Origin: Protoeuglena noctilucae
Taxonomy: Eukaryota
Reading direction: 5' to 3'
Assembly (NCBI GenBank): GCA_958009085.1
Contig: OY253669.1
Span: 1,240,001 to 1,304,000 of the forward strand
Length of the DNA: 64,000 nucleotides
Part shown: in pieces, positions 60,322 to 64,000 of the stretch
Layout of the letters: the number at the start of each line of letters is the position of its first letter
Position numbering within the stretch: position 1 is the stretch's first letter
Notes under the pieces: generated by a model
The model's input: the letters and a program-made list of their open reading frames with translations, nothing else
Told to the model about the DNA's origin: nothing
The model's database searches: none
Program-made: the position numbers and the translations under genes

Positions 60322-62673
60322 TCAGACGGGCCCGTCCTTCGCCATCGCCTCGATGTACCGATCGTAGAACTTGGCTGCCATCTCGTAGTCGTTGAGCAGC
60401 GTGTAGCAGTCGGCAATGACCCCGTACGCATCGGCGTCGCCCAAGTGATCGTCCATGGTGTTGGACACCTGGCAGGGAACGGGAAGAGGCCAGACTAAGT
60501 GAGCCTCACCGCGAGTGGAAATGCTCTCGGCACTGGCCCAGAACCCAGCGCAGGAGGGGGCAGGAGGGTGCAGGAGGGGTACACTCGTTGCAGGACAACT
60601 GTGATGGGACCCGCCCCTGCCCTACCCCATGCTGCCTGCATGTATGTTCCCTCATGAGAACCGGCACTCACCTCCAGCACCTTCTCCAGGTACGTAATGG
60701 CCTTCTTGTAGTTGCCCATGATTTTGTGAGAGGCCGCCAGGCCACGGAGGGCCCTGCGCTCCTGGACCTTGCTGCGGGGGTGGAGCAGTGACAGCATTGG
60801 GACGCGATTTGAGTGCGTGCCACCCACCGGCCCCGCCACTTCGGCAGGCCGCACTGTGGGAGGCCATGCGCTGCGCGCGTAGGGAACGGGGCGTGTGACG
60901 GCACGATCGTGTCACAAGTACTCACTTCCCGTTGGCCCGGGAGAGGAGGTGCGCCTTCTCGAAGCGCACGAGGGCGCTCGGGCCGTTGCCGTCCTTGAGC
61001 AGCCGCTTGCCCTGCGCAGCACAGCAAGCAGCGTGCATGAGCACCCTCTCACCAAGGGCAGCACAGGCGTCACGCGGTGCATGTCAGGCGCCCCATGGCC
61101 TGTGGTGGCACCAGAGCCGGGGCAAGGACCATAGTCCACGTTTTACAAGAAACACGACATGCCGCAGCGAGCAAACCGCCTCACCTCGCGCAGGGCCGCG
61201 CGGCACTCGTCCAGCGGCTCGTCCAGCGAGGCGTCCACGAGGGCAGCGCTGGCCGCACCCGCGCTCGACCCGCCGGCGGTGGACGGAGCCAGCGGCTGCC
61301 ACGCCTCCGCTGCGAGCGACGAAGTGTCACTGGTAATCTAAGCTGCCAGCGTCACGCGTGCAGGCCGAGCACGTCGCACGTGATGCTCTCGTTCCCAGCA
61401 CACGCAACTCCTCTCCGCAGGAGCGGCACTCTCGCGTCGCATCGCAATGATGGGTTCCAAACACACAGCTCCTAAGATACCGTGCCGGCTCGCGTTCTCG
61501 CCTGTCGCCTCGGGAGGCACCGTGACGACCGCCGAGGCAGCCACCGTGTGGCTCGGCGCGTAGGACAGGCCGGGCGCGTAGAGCGTCCCGACCCGAGCCT
61601 GCTGCCGAAGCTGCTGGTTGACCTGCCGGAGCTGCTCGTTCAGCTTCTGCAACAAATGAAGGCGTGAGACGTCGGCAGGCATGGGGTTGCCGAGTGTTTG
61701 GTGCCGCAGAGTCAGCGCATTCTGAAGCAGCGCACCTCGAGCTCCTGCTTCCGCAACCGCGCGGAGATGCCAGACACGGTGGCTCCGATCAAGGCGACCG
61801 TCTCGGTGATTCCCACCACGTCGACCCCGAACGGCGTGGCGCAGAGGCCCACCTGCGACTCCTTGCTCTCCGCCTCGCCTCGCTCACTGCGATAGATTCG
61901 AGCGGCGCGGACGGATGGACCAGGCGCGGCGCCCCACCACGTCGCGCTGCGCATGAGCGGAGTGTTGCACTGGGGCCCTCACCGGAGCTGGTTCAGCTCC
62001 CGCTGGGCCCGCGCCTCCTCCTGGAAACGCAGGTCGATGAGTTCTTGTTCCGCAATGCTCAGCGGGCCCTGGTCTCCCCTCTGGCGAAGGTAGGCCTCCA
62101 CCGCACCCGCGGGGCTGCGAGGGGGGCGAAGGAGCCAGGGATGTCATCGAATCTGCCATTATCGAGGCTCGACATGCGGAACATGCCTGTTGGAACCGTG
62201 AGAGTGGGCTTGGGACAGGGGGGGCGTCGTCCGCGGGCGCGGAGGGGGCAGATAGGGGGCGGCTCAACCTGGAGGAGCCCGCCTCGGATGCACACGTATG
62301 GGGCGTTTCGGCAGGACCCAACACAAGAAATGCGCTCGGCTACACCACGCACGAGTCCCGACAGCGGCGCGAACCCCGCGCGGTGAGGATTAGGCTGCAC
62401 GATCGCATGCGTCGGGACGGGTGCCAAGAAAGGCGGGCCTGGGCCGTCCCCCGCCGGTCAGGCGATCCAAGCTGACCCGTTACCTACGCCGTAGCAGCTC
62501 AGCACCCACCTTGCCACCAGGCACGCGGCGAGCGCGAAGGAAAGGCCCGCGGACACGGCCGCACTGATCCTCTCCGGCGCCTGGACCGCCCGGCACTTGC
62601 AGGACCGGTGAGTCGAGCTGGAACTGCCGGCAGTGCCAGCACGCAGCTGAAGCGCGGGGCGGATGGCGGCCAT
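60322..62673 (-). CDS. FLU: FLU-like plastid TPR regulator of tetrapyrrole synthesis; 8 exons
   Basis: Transit peptide, 'LCATPFGVDVVGITE', TM segment 'ALIGATVSGISARLRKQELEKLNEQLRQVN', and TPR region 'ERRALRGLAAS..DAYGVIADCYT'. TGA stop. Confidence 0.88.
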
Positions 62674-63526
62674 CGCCCCGGGCTGTTGACGTCGCGACGG
62701 TCCGCGAGAGGTGGGAAGGGAACGTGGTCCGATGCCGGGCTCCGTGTGCAGGATTTAGCTAACGGGAATCACCGACGCGTTCAGCGAAGCGGGCCGGGAT
62801 CCGGTTGCGTCCCGAGCGCGTTTGACAGGTCACAAAGACTGCGACGCCGTGCTGCTTGTCCCGCATTGTTGCGAATAGCGTGCGAAGGTTCGGCGTCTTG
62901 CGGAGCGCGCGGGCGCTTCCGGGTTTACCACCCGCCAGAGAGTGCGCCTCGCGCGCGCGCGTCATCCGTCGATAGCCGCGTCGCTGGCCACGCTGCAACG
63001 CTGCTCGATCCAACGCGCCTCTCGCTAACATTTCGCGAGCACCCAGCGCGACTGTCGTCGGCGGAGGCCTCGGTGGACAGGGAGACCGGGGCGCGGTGTC
63101 CGGGGCCTCGCCGCGGGCCTTATGCTCATCATGGACGGGTTTGGGAAAGCAGGAGGCTTCAGTCCGCTGGGTCCGGGGGCCCAGGGAGAGCATGAGGTGC
63201 GTGACGCATCGCGTGCCCCGGCCGAGGGTTGTGCGCGCCGGCCGGGGAGGGATGCGCGCGCGACGCGGAGCTGGTGCGTGGGTCGTCTCATGAAGCGTTG
63301 ACGCGCGTCACTAGGAATCCGCACCGCTCGCGCGGGGCGACGGGATTGGACGAGGGGGGGCCCGTCTGCAGCATGGCCCCGGCGAAGGCTCATGGGCACA
63401 CGCGGTGGTCTGTCGCATGTATCGTTTATCCGAGGACGCTCTTTCGATGCCCTCGACACCGCGAGCGCCGCGCGCTGCGGACGGCCTCCGCCCCATGCTG
63501 GCCTTGTCGGCGCTTGCTCGCAGGGG

Positions 63527-64000
63527 ATGGAAGATCCTTACATACGGCAGCTCCTGTTAGAGTTCGAGAGTGCTCCCAAGGGCACGGCGCCGCCCGGCCC
63601 GACCGGCCATCCCATGGAGGACCTGCCCAAGTGAGGCCGGCGTGGGCGCCTAGGTGGCACGTGGCCCCGACGTGCCGCGCCGGACGTGCGGCCCTCCCAC
63701 CCTGCGCCGCTTGCAGGGACCTCGGAGAGGACGACGGGGACGAGGACCCTGCGCCCAAGCGACGGCGCGGCGCGAGCCCCGATGACGGGGAGTCCGGGGA
63801 CGAGGATGGGGGCCACAAGGGCGGGAAGCGAGGGCGGGAGGCCGCGCAGAAGAAGGCGTCGAGGGAGAAGCTTCGGAGGGAGCGCATCAACGAGCGGTTC
63901 TCCCAGCTGGCAAAGGTGGGGTGCGGCACAGGGCGCTGGCGGTGCGGGGGTTGGCCTGACCTGGTAGCCCCGTCGCAGCGCCCCGACCCTCCCGTCACCC
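63527..64000 (+). CDS. bHLH transcription factor (subgroup IVb/IVc-like); partial at the window end
   Basis: Second exon encodes 'KKASREKLRRERINERFSQLAK', the basic region/helix 1 typical of ILR3/bHLH104-type factors. The start codon is uncertain. Confidence 0.75.

Overview
GC-rich, compact, intron-dense nuclear DNA from a flagellated green alga. This is inferred from a plastid FLU-like gene, NPHP4, a four-domain voltage-gated channel and VTC4; the exact lineage cannot be determined from the sequence. About 16 spliced protein-coding loci were assembled by hand from splice signals and protein motifs: PEX6 (partial), TenA, LPEAT/LPCAT, a GH13 glucan enzyme, a degenerate VTC4, a Cav-like channel, a COX7a-like protein, NPHP4, a low-complexity repeat protein, a myristoylated SAM + MLKL-like + NACHT + WD40 NLR-like protein, a PP2-like lectin, NDUFB7, a small ELM2-like protein, a FAN-like BEACH protein, FLU and a bHLH factor (partial). 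No rRNA, tRNA, CRISPR array or transposon was recognised. Main observations: (1) in-frame TAG/TGA codons sit inside otherwise conserved coding exons, including at the channel selectivity-filter position; (2) GC-AG introns are very frequent; (3) an intron-like spacer would join two in-frame ORFs as TAA-GCC-ATG, suggesting a bicistronic or readthrough unit; (4) an algal NLR-like protein with a candidate cell-death domain lies head-to-head with a lectin-like gene. A few apparent single-base frameshifts mean that assembly error remains a real alternative for the stop codons. All family calls come from remembered motifs, not database searches.
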